From positions 9,430 to 73,429 of the forward strand of contig DBDW01000008.1 of the NCBI GenBank assembly GCA_002293825.1: 64,000 nt of DNA. Reading direction: 5' to 3'. Shown here one piece after another: positions 1-8,806 of the stretch. A program made the position numbers and the translations under genes. How positions within the stretch are numbered: position 1 is the first letter of the stretch; the number at the start of each line of letters is the position of its first letter. The notes below the pieces were generated by a model that searched no databases, was not told the origin of the DNA, and worked only from the letters and a program-made list of their open reading frames with translations. Origin of the DNA: Candidatus Magasanikbacteria bacterium UBA922 (lineage in GTDB: Bacteria > Patescibacteriota > Patescibacteriia > Magasanikbacterales > UBA922).

Positions 1-2167
1 CTACATCGCGACACCCTATAAGCTGAAACCTTTTATCGAACAACAAATCAATGCTCAGTACCCCTATGCACATATCGAAGAAATAACTGATTACAATATC
101 TTCACCGAACATAGCTCGATTGTGGGTGCGTACCTCAAAGCAAAAGATGCTGCAGCGCTCCCTTTCAAAACATACAAAAAAATGGATTCAGATCCCTTAT
201 CAGGTATTCTAAACACCATTGCACGTATTCATGAATCTGAAAGTTCCGCTGCAATCCAATTCGTTATCCGTCCTGCGCATAAAAAATGGAGGCGAGAAGG
301 GGTGCGTATCGTACGCGAGGTGCGCAAAGGAAAACGTTTTGAAGAAGTGATTGGAAATAAACGTGTATTTGGCGGATTCCTCAATTCATTTGGTGCTGAA
401 GCAAAGCGACAAGTACTGGATCTCAATTCAAAAGAAAAAACTAAAGAATCGTATCAGCTCTCGGCCCTCGAAGAAGAGATGCTCAAAGGAATTGAAGAAA
501 AACTTTCAAAAGGAGGGCTTGATGCTACCATACGCATCGTCTCAGCATCGGATAATCCCGAACTCGCCAGACTCAATCTCGACAATATTGTCAATGCGTT
601 TAGTCCATACAATTTATATCGCTATGGTAACTCACTCGAAGCGATTGTACCAAAAAATCCTCAAAGCATTATTCGTGCGTTCATCTATCGATCATTTCAT
701 GAAAAAAGACACAGTATATTCAATACTGAAGAAATGGCAGGATTATGGCATCTCCCTCTTCATTCTACAGAAGCGCCTAATATCAAATGGCTCCTCGCAC
801 GCAAAGCACCTCCTCCTCCCAATCTCCCTTCAGCAGGTATCGATCTCGGTAGAGTTCTCTATCGCGGACAAGAATATCCTGTAAAAATGAAAGATGAGGA
901 TCGACGTCGACATCTCTATGTAATTGGTAAATCAGGAAGTGGAAAATCTGTCTTTATCGAAAATCTCGCCGTACAAGACGTAATCAATGGAAAAGGACTT
1001 GCGGTAATTGACCCACACGGAGATTTTGCAGAATACGTACTCGAACATATTCCAAAAGAACGCGCTGATGATGTCATCATCTTCAACCCTTCTGATTTCG
1101 AACGTCCAATTGGGCTCAACATGCTTGAAGCAAAGAGTGAAGATGAAAAAGACTTTGCCGTGCAAGAAATGATTGCCATTTTCTACAAGCTCTTTCCACC
1201 TGAGATGATCGGACCCATGTTCGAACACAACATGCGAAACGTGATGCTGACACTCATGGCAGATCTCGAGAATCCAGGAACTATTATCGACATCCCCCGC
1301 ATGTTTACCGACGATGCATACGTAAAAAAATATTTGGTAAAACTAAAAGATCCGGTAGTCAGAGCATTCTGGGAAAAAGAAATGGCAAAGACAAGCGACT
1401 TCCATAAATCAGAGATGCTTGGATATCTGATCTCAAAAGTGGGTCGATTCGTCGAAAATGAAATGATGCGAAACATCATGGGTCAACAGAAATCAGGATT
1501 TGATTTCCGAGATATCATGGATAATCAAAAAATTCTTATCGTGAATCTTGCAAAAGGAAAAACAGGAGAAGTAAATGCAAAACTAATCGGTCTCATCATT
1601 GTAGCAAAACTTCAGATGGCTGCACTCGGGCGTGCTGATCTACCTGAAGATGAACGAAAAGATTTTTATCTCTATATCGATGAGTTCCAAAACTTTATCA
1701 CCGACTCAATCGCGACCATTCTCTCTGAAGCTCGAAAATATCGCCTGGATCTCATTATCGCTCACCAATACCTCGGACAATTGACTGATGATAAAGGAAA
1801 ATCTGATATCAAAGATGCAGTACTCGGTAATGCGGGTACCATGGCTGCCTTCCGTATTGGCCCTGAAGATTCCGAAATATTAGCAAAAGAATTTGCGCCT
1901 GTATTCGGCCCGTATGACCTCATGAATGTAGAAAAATTCACTGCAAATATCAAACTTCTCATAGACAACGAACCAACAAAACCATTCAACATGGCAACCT
2001 ATCCTCCCACCAGAGGAAACAAAGATCTTGGCAATGCCATACGAGAGCTCTCACGTCTCAAATATGGACGCGATCGACGAATCGTAGAAACCGAGATACT
2101 CGAACGTACCAAGCTGGGAGAAAGTAATGAACACAGCAAAACAGACATGATTGAGGCAAGTCTCTAA
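1..2167 (+). CDS. VirD4/TraG/TraD-like type IV coupling protein family P-loop ATPase. It is 5'-partial: the frame is open back to nt 2.
   Basis: Walker A VIGKSGSGKS and Walker B YIDEFQNF. The C-terminal IIAHQYLGQL motif is typical of the TrwB/VirD4 (TraG-D_C) family. A paralog of the 61102..63087 ORF. Confidence 0.7.
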   Translation, partial: YIATPYKLKPFIEQQINAQYPYAHIEEITDYNIFTEHSSIVGAYLKAKDAAALPFKTYKKMDSDPLSGILNTIARIHESESSAAIQFVIRPAHKKWRREGVRIVREVRKGKRFEEVIGNKRVFGGFLNSFGAEAKRQVLDLNSKEKTKESYQLSALEEEMLKGIEEKLSKGGLDATIRIVSASDNPELARLNLDNIVNAFSPYNLYRYGNSLEAIVPKNPQSIIRAFIYRSFHEKRHSIFNTEEMAGLWHLPLHSTEAPNIKWLLARKAPPPPNLPSAGIDLGRVLYRGQEYPVKMKDEDRRRHLYVIGKSGSGKSVFIENLAVQDVINGKGLAVIDPHGDFAEYVLEHIPKERADDVIIFNPSDFERPIGLNMLEAKSEDEKDFAVQEMIAIFYKLFPPEMIGPMFEHNMRNVMLTLMADLENPGTIIDIPRMFTDDAYVKKYLVKLKDPVVRAFWEKEMAKTSDFHKSEMLGYLISKVGRFVENEMMRNIMGQQKSGFDFRDIMDNQKILIVNLAKGKTGEVNAKLIGLIIVAKLQMAALGRADLPEDERKDFYLYIDEFQNFITDSIATILSEARKYRLDLIIAHQYLGQLTDDKGKSDIKDAVLGNAGTMAAFRIGPEDSEILAKEFAPVFGPYDLMNVEKFTANIKLLIDNEPTKPFNMATYPPTRGNKDLGNAIRELSRLKYGRDRRIVETEILERTKLGESNEHSKTDMIEASL

Positions 2168-2210
2168 AATATACACACGTCACACTTGTTCACACACTAA
2201 CACACACTCT

Positions 2211-2957
2211 ATGGATCACATCTCAAGTCTCTTACACAACACCCCTTCTCCGAATGACATGAACATTAGTCGAGGAATACCTACGTTTGATGACACTCCA
2301 CTAGAACCCACACCTGAGCCGGTCCTATCCCCTATTACTAACACCAATAGCCCTTCCTCTTCTCCATCTACGACAGAAACAACAAAAACTGTCAGTACTG
2401 ATACACCGGCACTTGATATTGCTGATATAAAAAAACGTCTCTATCTACTCAAAGATGAAATAGCATCAATCATTCGCACACTTGAAATAGGCGGTGCATT
2501 ACCCGAATACACTAGCGGAACCCAAACCATGCCACGCGGCCGTACACCATCGACAGAAGAAACGCATATCACTATATCATCTGGAGAAAAAATTATTGAA
2601 GGAACCTTCACTGGAGAAAAAATGCGTGGCCCCGATGGACAAGAATATGCAGTTCCTCCAAATTATGCGAGTAAATCAAAACTAGTCGAAGGCGACCGAA
2701 TGAAATTGACCATTACCACTCACGGAAAATTCATCTACAAACAAATCGGACCAATTGAACGAAAACGCATTATCGGAATATTGCAATTCGATGAAAGCAC
2801 TCAATTGTGGAGTGTGATACACGAAGGAAGAATGTATCACATCCTTACTGCTTCTGCGACGTTCTATCACGGAAAACCAGGAGATCATGTGGTCATACTT
2901 GTTCCCAAAGATATTCCATGTAGTTGGGGAGCAGTAGAAAATATTATTGCTTCATAA
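2211..2957 (+). CDS. hypothetical protein with a T/S/P-rich N-terminal half. The start is probably at MDHISS.
   Basis: A long ORF directly downstream of the coupling ATPase, with no recognisable domain. Confidence 0.4.
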   Translation: MDHISSLLHNTPSPNDMNISRGIPTFDDTPLEPTPEPVLSPITNTNSPSSSPSTTETTKTVSTDTPALDIADIKKRLYLLKDEIASIIRTLEIGGALPEYTSGTQTMPRGRTPSTEETHITISSGEKIIEGTFTGEKMRGPDGQEYAVPPNYASKSKLVEGDRMKLTITTHGKFIYKQIGPIERKRIIGILQFDESTQLWSVIHEGRMYHILTASATFYHGKPGDHVVILVPKDIPCSWGAVENIIAS

Positions 2958-3004
2958 TACAAGAAGACGAGACCTGCATCGCTTGAAAAAATTAATTAAA
3001 GAAC

Positions 3005-3035
3005 AAAAAACCCCGGACTAACCGGGGTTTAAAAT
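3005..3035. terminator. bidirectional intrinsic terminator
   Basis: AAAAAA-CCCCGG-actaa-CCGGGG-TTT hairpin between convergent genes. Confidence 0.6.
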
Positions 3036-3054
3036 TTTTCGACTCAATCGTGCC

Positions 3055-3318
3055 TTAGGCAGCAGTCAAGTGATTGTTTACGAGCTTCGCCATTTCAAAC
3101 ATGGTCACTTCACTCTTACCACCAAAGATTGCTTTAAGCTTGTCATCAGCCAAAATGTTTCGTTTGTTCTTTGGATTCTGAAGATCATTCTTCTTGATGT
3201 ATTCCCAGATTTTCTTTACTACCTGTGAGCGAGGCATTGGACCTGCTCCTACTACTGCTGCGAGCTCCGCAGACACCTTGTATGGTCTGAGAAGTGCTGG
3301 ATTTGCTTTGCGTGGCAT
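3055..3318 (-). CDS. SWIB/MDM2 domain protein
   Basis: KKIWEYIKKNDLQNPKNKRNILADDKLKAIFG matches the SWIB fold signature. Confidence 0.75.
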   Translation of the reverse strand: MPRKANPALLRPYKVSAELAAVVGAGPMPRSQVVKKIWEYIKKNDLQNPKNKRNILADDKLKAIFGGKSEVTMFEMAKLVNNHLTAA

Positions 3319-3517
3319 AGAAATATGATTAAATTATTAAATGTGTTACCGCGAGTTCCAATGACAGGAGTGGCCTCGCAAGTACTATGCAGTGCCTAGT
3401 ATATCACTGAGGGTATTCCCTCGCAAGAGCTTATACCTTTTTACCGATTTGTACGGTCCAAAAAACTACGATATACTACGATTCTATTTTGTTCACCCAG
3501 TCTCATTAGTATACCCT

Positions 3518-5131
3518 ATGGCACTCTATCACAAACACCGACCACAGACCTTCGATACTGTGATCCATCAGGAACACATTGTCACCACACTCAAAAACGA
3601 ATTGACCAGCGGTAAGATAGCGCATGCCTATCTCTTTTCAGGTCCACATGGTGTCGGTAAGACTACTACAGCCCGTATTTTAGCCAAATCTTTGAATTGT
3701 ACCGGACGAAAAAAAGATGACCCAAACCCTTGCGATACCTGCGATTCATGTAAAGATATCTCTCAATCACGGTCTATTGATGTGATTGAGATTGATGCAG
3801 CAAGCCAGACCGGTGTAGACAATGTACGAGAAAATATTATTGAAAATGCGCAATTCAAACCCACTCGTGGAACCTACAAAATTTTTATCGTGGACGAAGT
3901 ACATATGTTGTCCACAGCTGCCTTCAATGCGCTTCTAAAAACACTCGAAGAGCCACCCTCTCATGTAGTATTCATTCTGGCTACCACTGATGCACAAAAA
4001 CTTCCTGCAACAGTAGTTTCTCGTTGCCAACGTTTCACCTTTGGCAAAGTTCCTGATGAAACCATGAAAAAACATTTATCACATATTGCACAGGAAGAAG
4101 GTGTTACTATTGATGACGACATTCTACATGCGGTGGTACGCAAAGCGCGCGGTGGAGCACGTGATGCTGTAAGTATTCTCGATCAATTGATCGCGCTTGG
4201 CGAGACACACATTACCAAAGAAAACGCTTCTTTTGTGATGCCGACCACTTCAAACGAATCACAACTCTCCTTTCTCACACATATCGTACAAAAAAATTCC
4301 GCAGCCGCTCTTGAGAGCATTCGTACACTAAGTGAACATGGAATATACCCCTATATTTTCGCAGAGGAATTAGTAGGACTTATGCGAATATTCCTCATCG
4401 CTTCGGTAGATTCCAATCTCGCAAAAAAGGAGGCATATCTTCCCGATAGTGATTTTGCTACACTCGAAGCACTGACGAAACAAATTTCTCGTGGAGATAT
4501 TGTACGATTACTCGATCGCACCATTAGTCGTATGTATGAAATAAAATCTTCTCCACTTCCCTATCTACCACTTGAACTACTTGTCGTCGAATGGAGTGGA
4601 TCAGGAGACCATTCAGTTCCTACTACACCCGTGAACACTTCGCGAATCACACCACCAATTTCACCATCCACGCCACCACCGACAACAAAGACCACTACGC
4701 CGCCCTCAATTCCAGCACCTGAAACTGTAATCGTAACACCTGCAGAAGTAGCACCCACCTCTCCTTCACACACCACCGCGTCACCAGAAACCCAACAAAT
4801 TCCCGCATCAGTCGATGCCTCTACGGTATCTAAAGCATGGAACGCGGTTATCAAAGATATGGAGAAAAGCACCCCTTCTCTCATCTTTATCCTAAAAAAT
4901 GCAACACTCCGACCCGTGAATAATGGTGTTCTTCCTGTAGATGTAGCTTATAGTTTTCACCAAGATAAACTCAACCAAACTGCAAATAAGAAAAAGATAG
5001 AAGAAGGGCTTACACACCATCTCGGATTTCGTCTTACGCTCGACGTAAGCGTCGACCCGAGCAAACAACCGAGAGATGCTGCGGCAGATCTCAATGACCT
5101 TGCTGCGGCATTTGGCGGAAGCGTGGTCTAG
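3518..5131 (+). CDS. dnaX: DNA polymerase III subunit gamma/tau
   Basis: MALYHKHRPQTF start region. AAA+ motifs GPHGVGKTT and IFIVDEVHML, and a zinc module CDTCDSC. A P/T-rich linker follows, then a tau-like C-terminus. The track ORF extends upstream; ATG at 3518 fits the conserved N-terminus. Confidence 0.9.
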   Translation: MALYHKHRPQTFDTVIHQEHIVTTLKNELTSGKIAHAYLFSGPHGVGKTTTARILAKSLNCTGRKKDDPNPCDTCDSCKDISQSRSIDVIEIDAASQTGVDNVRENIIENAQFKPTRGTYKIFIVDEVHMLSTAAFNALLKTLEEPPSHVVFILATTDAQKLPATVVSRCQRFTFGKVPDETMKKHLSHIAQEEGVTIDDDILHAVVRKARGGARDAVSILDQLIALGETHITKENASFVMPTTSNESQLSFLTHIVQKNSAAALESIRTLSEHGIYPYIFAEELVGLMRIFLIASVDSNLAKKEAYLPDSDFATLEALTKQISRGDIVRLLDRTISRMYEIKSSPLPYLPLELLVVEWSGSGDHSVPTTPVNTSRITPPISPSTPPPTTKTTTPPSIPAPETVIVTPAEVAPTSPSHTTASPETQQIPASVDASTVSKAWNAVIKDMEKSTPSLIFILKNATLRPVNNGVLPVDVAYSFHQDKLNQTANKKKIEEGLTHHLGFRLTLDVSVDPSKQPRDAAADLNDLAAAFGGSVV

Positions 5132-5140
5132 AAACAAAAA

Positions 5141-5166
5141 ACGAGTGTAGCACACTCGTTTTTTAT
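5141..5166. terminator. bidirectional intrinsic terminator
   Basis: ACGAGTGT-agca-CACTCGT followed by TTTTTT, between convergent dnaX and the rhodanese gene. Confidence 0.65.
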
Positions 5167-5167
5167 A

Positions 5168-5482
5168 TTATTCAATCGGATATCCTTGCTCTCTCCACAA
5201 TCTCATACCACCCGTCATATTGTATACGGATCCGAATCCCATCATATCGAGCTGTGTAGCGGTGAGCATACTACGTCCACCTGATTGACATACGAGATAA
5301 ATAGTGTCATACGACCTCAGCTCCTCGGCACGTGCAGGAATATCGTTCATCGGTATATTGATTGCTCCAGGTATTTTTCCACTCTTCACCTCAAACGGAA
5401 ATCGCACATCGACAATTACTGATCCTGCTTTTTTCTCACCGAGCAACTTATGCAATTCTGTAGTCGTTATTTCTTTGAACAT
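5168..5482 (-). CDS. single-domain rhodanese-like sulfurtransferase
   Basis: Active-site CQSGGRS loop, about 100 aa. Confidence 0.8.
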   Translation of the reverse strand: MFKEITTTELHKLLGEKKAGSVIVDVRFPFEVKSGKIPGAINIPMNDIPARAEELRSYDTIYLVCQSGGRSMLTATQLDMMGFGSVYNMTGGMRLWREQGYPIE

Positions 5483-5494
5483 ATAGTAATGATG

Positions 5495-6013
5495 TTAAAA
5501 AATATTTTTGTCTTCAGGTACACTTAAAATATTTTGATAAACTTTTTGATAATTTATTTCTTTATTTTTAATTTTTTTAAGTAGCAATTTACATGCTTCA
5601 ATAAAATCTTCAAAAAAATACTCAAAACAAATTATAAGACGTTTTCCTTTTTCATCCTCTAACAAAGACTTATTACATCCATGTTTCTTTTGTGAAAGGC
5701 CAATACAATTACCGGGTCGAGAACTGTGAACCATTGAACATCTCAAATTTGAATATAAATCAAATTTATGTCCTTTTTTATTATAAATATGATAGTTTTG
5801 AGGAAACAATTCTCTAATAGCCAAACGAAATCTTTTTTCTGATAATCCACTATCATCCCAATCATAAGCATCTAGACATGCCCCTAAAAATTCAATTGAT
5901 GAAGCAATGAGTATAAAACCTAGATAAGCATGCTCCGCCTCACCATTATCATTAATTGTCATTTTTTTAATTTCTTCAATCAAAGGACCTTTTATAAAAC
6001 TAGAAACTAACAT
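5495..6013 (-). CDS. hypothetical protein in an extremely AT-rich gene
   Basis: A 172-aa ORF with no recognisable domain. Local GC is far below the neighbours, and it is adjacent to a tRNA. Confidence 0.4.
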   Translation of the reverse strand: MLVSSFIKGPLIEEIKKMTINDNGEAEHAYLGFILIASSIEFLGACLDAYDWDDSGLSEKRFRLAIRELFPQNYHIYNKKGHKFDLYSNLRCSMVHSSRPGNCIGLSQKKHGCNKSLLEDEKGKRLIICFEYFFEDFIEACKLLLKKIKNKEINYQKVYQNILSVPEDKNIF

Positions 6014-6027
6014 AAAAAAACTGTCTT

Positions 6028-6058
6028 TTAAAAAACACGACCATTTGGCCGTGTTTTT
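6028..6058. terminator. hairpin terminator
   Basis: ACACGACC-attt-GGCCGTGT followed by TTTTT, with T/A runs on both sides. Confidence 0.45.
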
Positions 6059-6059
6059 G

Positions 6060-6130
6060 CTCGGGGACAGGGACTCGAACCCCGATACACAGGACCAGAA
6101 CCTGTAGTCCTACCATTAGACGATCCCCGA
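6060..6130 (-). tRNA. tRNA-Gln (anticodon CTG)
   Basis: Reverse complement TCGGGGATCGTCTAATGGTAGGACTACAGGTTCTGGTCCTGTGTATCGGGGTTCGAGTCCCTGTCCCCGAG folds as a cloverleaf. Loop TTCTGGT gives anticodon CTG. The T-loop is TTCGAGT and CCA is not encoded. Confidence 0.85.
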
Positions 6131-6385
6131 ATGTGTTATACCTGTTAACCTTCGACTGAGACATGATCTACCATATCCTGTCTTTAGACTTTTTTCACGC
6201 TTAATTGCATCCTCTTTTACCAAACAAGCTTCATAATACACAAGCTTGAGAGGTCTGCGATTTTTTGTTGATTCAACTAAACCTTTATTGTGTTTAGTTA
6301 TCCTTTCTCGCAAATCCTGCGTCCAACCTATGTATAGATTACCATCTTTTATACTTTGCAAAACATATGTATAAAACATAGCCAC
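6116..6385 (-). CDS. small GIY-YIG nuclease superfamily protein (UPF0213/YhbQ-like)
   Basis: YTYVLQSIKDGNLYIGWTQDLRERITKHN followed by YYEACLVKEDAIKREKSLK (the GIY, YIG, Arg and Glu motifs). The last five codons (HSGIV-stop) lie inside the 5' end of the tRNA-Gln. Confidence 0.7.
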   Translation of the reverse strand: MAMFYTYVLQSIKDGNLYIGWTQDLRERITKHNKGLVESTKNRRPLKLVYYEACLVKEDAIKREKSLKTGYGRSCLSRRLTGITHSGIV

Positions 6386-6562
6386 CTCCCTTTAAAACCA
6401 TTCGACCTGCCCGCATTGCTACGCAAAGCGTTGCAGGCGGGCGATCCCCGAATAGATTTGATGGATATAGTGTACCAAAATAATCAAAAAAGTCAAGAAT
6501 GGTATTGTAGACATCCACCATCATATGGTACAGTATGCACGCACAAAAAATAAATTTTCTGT

Positions 6563-7252
6563 ATGAATCTCAAGCTTGCTCTTGTTATTCTCACAAGCAC
6601 ATTTTTACTCACTGGATGCGGAGAGGTACCTACGCCGCGTCCCGACACTACGAGCACTGGCCTATCAGCCGAAGATCTCTTTGGTACTCAGCCAGCACAG
6701 AATTCAGCCGGATCAAAAAATATATCATTATCGCCCTCACAACTAACTACTACACCTTCTATGGAATTCGATGTCTCAAAACGTTATACCGCAATCCTCA
6801 ATACCAATAAAGGTAACATTGAAATCGCACTCAATTTCGGCCAAACTCCAAATACCGTAAAAAATTTTGTCGATTTATCGCGTAAAGGTTTCTATATCAA
6901 CACCATCTTTCACCGAGTGATCGAGGGATTTATGATTCAAGGGGGTGACCCCAATGGAAATGGTACTGGTGGACCAGGATACCGATTCCATGATGAGCCA
7001 TTTACCGGAGAATATACACGAGGTGCTGTAGCAATGGCGAATGCCGGACCAAACACCAACGGAAGTCAATTCTTCATCATGCATGCTGATTATCCATTAC
7101 CCAAAAATTATACAATTTTTGGTAGAGTAACCAAAGGAATGGACGTGGTCGATTCGATTGCCACCGATGAAGTACAGTATAGTCCCACAGGAGAGCTTTC
7201 ACAGCCTGTGACACCTGCAGTAGTACACAGTGTCGAGATTATCGAGTCCTAA
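6563..7252 (+). CDS. cyclophilin-type peptidyl-prolyl isomerase lipoprotein
   Basis: Lipobox LLTGCG after a signal peptide. Cyclophilin motifs FHRVIEGFMIQGGDP and GSQFFI. Confidence 0.85.
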   Translation: MNLKLALVILTSTFLLTGCGEVPTPRPDTTSTGLSAEDLFGTQPAQNSAGSKNISLSPSQLTTTPSMEFDVSKRYTAILNTNKGNIEIALNFGQTPNTVKNFVDLSRKGFYINTIFHRVIEGFMIQGGDPNGNGTGGPGYRFHDEPFTGEYTRGAVAMANAGPNTNGSQFFIMHADYPLPKNYTIFGRVTKGMDVVDSIATDEVQYSPTGELSQPVTPAVVHSVEIIES

Positions 7253-7274
7253 AAAAACCAAAAACCCTGAACTA

Positions 7275-7303
7275 TTGCTTATTTTAGCAAAAAGTGCTAT
7301 ACT
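7275..7303 (+). promoter_or_regulatory. sigma-70-like promoter
   Basis: TTGCTT, a 17-nt spacer, then TATACT, about 40 nt upstream of the 7345 ORF. Confidence 0.4.
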
Positions 7304-7344
7304 CCCCGCTTATTCACGAATAGTGCTAATAAAAACTATATACT

Positions 7345-7848
7345 ATGCGTAATTTTAGAGACAATCGAGGTGGCGGAGGTGGTAGATTTGGGAAACGAAA
7401 TTTTGGAGGAAACCGTGGAGGATACGGTGGTGGCAATAGAGATCGCCGAGACGGTGACACTTCTAGACCTGGGATGCACAAGGCTACCTGTGCTGAATGT
7501 GGAAAGCCATGTGAAGTACCATTCCGACCTACCGGCGACCGACCGATTTTCTGTAGCGACTGTTTTGGTAAACAAGAAGGTAGAGGCAGTAGTCCACGTG
7601 AAAAAAAGTTTGATCGACCACGATTCGAAAACAAACGACCTGATTTCAGACCTGCTACTCCTGCACAAGATACCAAAGCATTCACTGACATCAAGCAACA
7701 ACTCGAACTCATGAACAATAAAATAGAAAGAATCTTGAGTCTTGTAATGCAGACGCCACCAACTACGGAATCAGCTCCCGAAAAGAAAACTGAACCTAAG
7801 ACGAAAAAAGCAAAAGCAAAGAAAACTACTGCTAAAAAGAAGAAATAG
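7345..7848 (+). CDS. RGG-rich protein with a C4 zinc ribbon (zf-trcl-like) and a basic tail
   Basis: N-terminal RGG/GGN repeats. CAECGKPCEVPFRPTGDRPIFCSDCF has the CxxCG...VPF.P..DRP..C..C layout. The C-terminus is lysine-rich. Confidence 0.5.
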   Translation: MRNFRDNRGGGGGRFGKRNFGGNRGGYGGGNRDRRDGDTSRPGMHKATCAECGKPCEVPFRPTGDRPIFCSDCFGKQEGRGSSPREKKFDRPRFENKRPDFRPATPAQDTKAFTDIKQQLELMNNKIERILSLVMQTPPTTESAPEKKTEPKTKKAKAKKTTAKKKK

Positions 7849-7861
7849 TTTCACTGTATAC

Positions 7862-7893
7862 AAAAAACATCCCTTTCGCAGGGATGTTTTTAT
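7862..7893. terminator. bidirectional intrinsic terminator, a member of a repeated hairpin family
   Basis: AAAAAACATCCCT-ttcg-CAGGGATGTTTTT. It is related to the identical elements at 19194 and 22775. Confidence 0.6.
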
Positions 7894-7900
7894 TTCACAT

Positions 7901-8659
7901 TTATGATTTCTTCTCATACTGATCGCAATAGTATGTAATCGCATCTCGCATGAATACCGCAAGTCCGGGTCGAAACTTTTCATAATATGCTGTGAATCTT
8001 GGGTCTTCGACATACATCGTGCCGAGGTTTCGAAACATTTCGTAACTGCACTCGTAGAAAAAGTTTATTCCGTCATGACTTTTCTTGATAAGTTCCTGTA
8101 CATCTGGATGATTAATTCCTTTGTCCATCGAATCAGCAATTGCAGTCGTATGTTTCTCCCCATCTTCTTTTAATTTCTGCATGTCAGCTTTAGTCATTTT
8201 ACTGACTTTTTTCATACTTTGTTTGTACGCATCGGTATTCCCCCATCGTTCTTTTACTTCATCTTGGTATTGTGTGACATCCTTATCTTTAAAAACATCA
8301 TATAGTTCTTTCTCATTGATTTTTTGATTCGAATTCATAGCGGTTATGGTTGTGTCAATTGCGTGAATTAATTTTTCAAGTCGTGCCTGTTTCAGTCGTA
8401 TGAGTTTCTTCTGTTCACGAAGGGCCTCAATTACACTGAAGCTCGGTCGATTGAGCATTCGCTTGATATCTTCAAGCGAAAATTCAAGTTCACGAAAAAA
8501 GAGTATCTGTTGCAAACGCAGAAGCTCTCTTTCTTCATAATAACGATACCCGTTTTTCGCACTATATGCGGGTTTAAGTAGCCCAATCTCATCATAATAA
8601 TGAAGGGTGCGAACACTAATACCAGCTAATTGTGCGAGTGCCTGAACGGTATATGGCAT
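7901..8659 (-). CDS. MerR-family regulator with a TipAS-like effector domain
   Basis: N-terminal HTH YTVQALAQLAGISVRTLHYYDEIGLL and a coiled-coil linker. The C-terminal roughly 140 aa are typical of TipAS/Mta. Confidence 0.8.
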   Translation of the reverse strand: MPYTVQALAQLAGISVRTLHYYDEIGLLKPAYSAKNGYRYYEERELLRLQQILFFRELEFSLEDIKRMLNRPSFSVIEALREQKKLIRLKQARLEKLIHAIDTTITAMNSNQKINEKELYDVFKDKDVTQYQDEVKERWGNTDAYKQSMKKVSKMTKADMQKLKEDGEKHTTAIADSMDKGINHPDVQELIKKSHDGINFFYECSYEMFRNLGTMYVEDPRFTAYYEKFRPGLAVFMRDAITYYCDQYEKKS

Positions 8660-8806
8660 ACATTTTAGGATCCTACACTATCTATACTAAACTATTACGT
8701 AGCGTAAGAGTAAAGCTACTTTATCCACAATACACCAAAAAACCATATCAAAAAATTTAATTGTTATGTATCACGTTTTATGTGCCTATGCTACAATTCT
8801 GCGTAT

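Noticed and set aside
3319-3517. SRP RNA (ffs) upstream of dnaX, as in many bacteria
   Set aside because: The leader has two small hairpins (CAGTG...CACTG and GAGGG...CCCTC). It lacks the conserved domain IV sequence (AGGUCAGG...GGAAGCAGCC), so it was left as an unannotated 5' leader.
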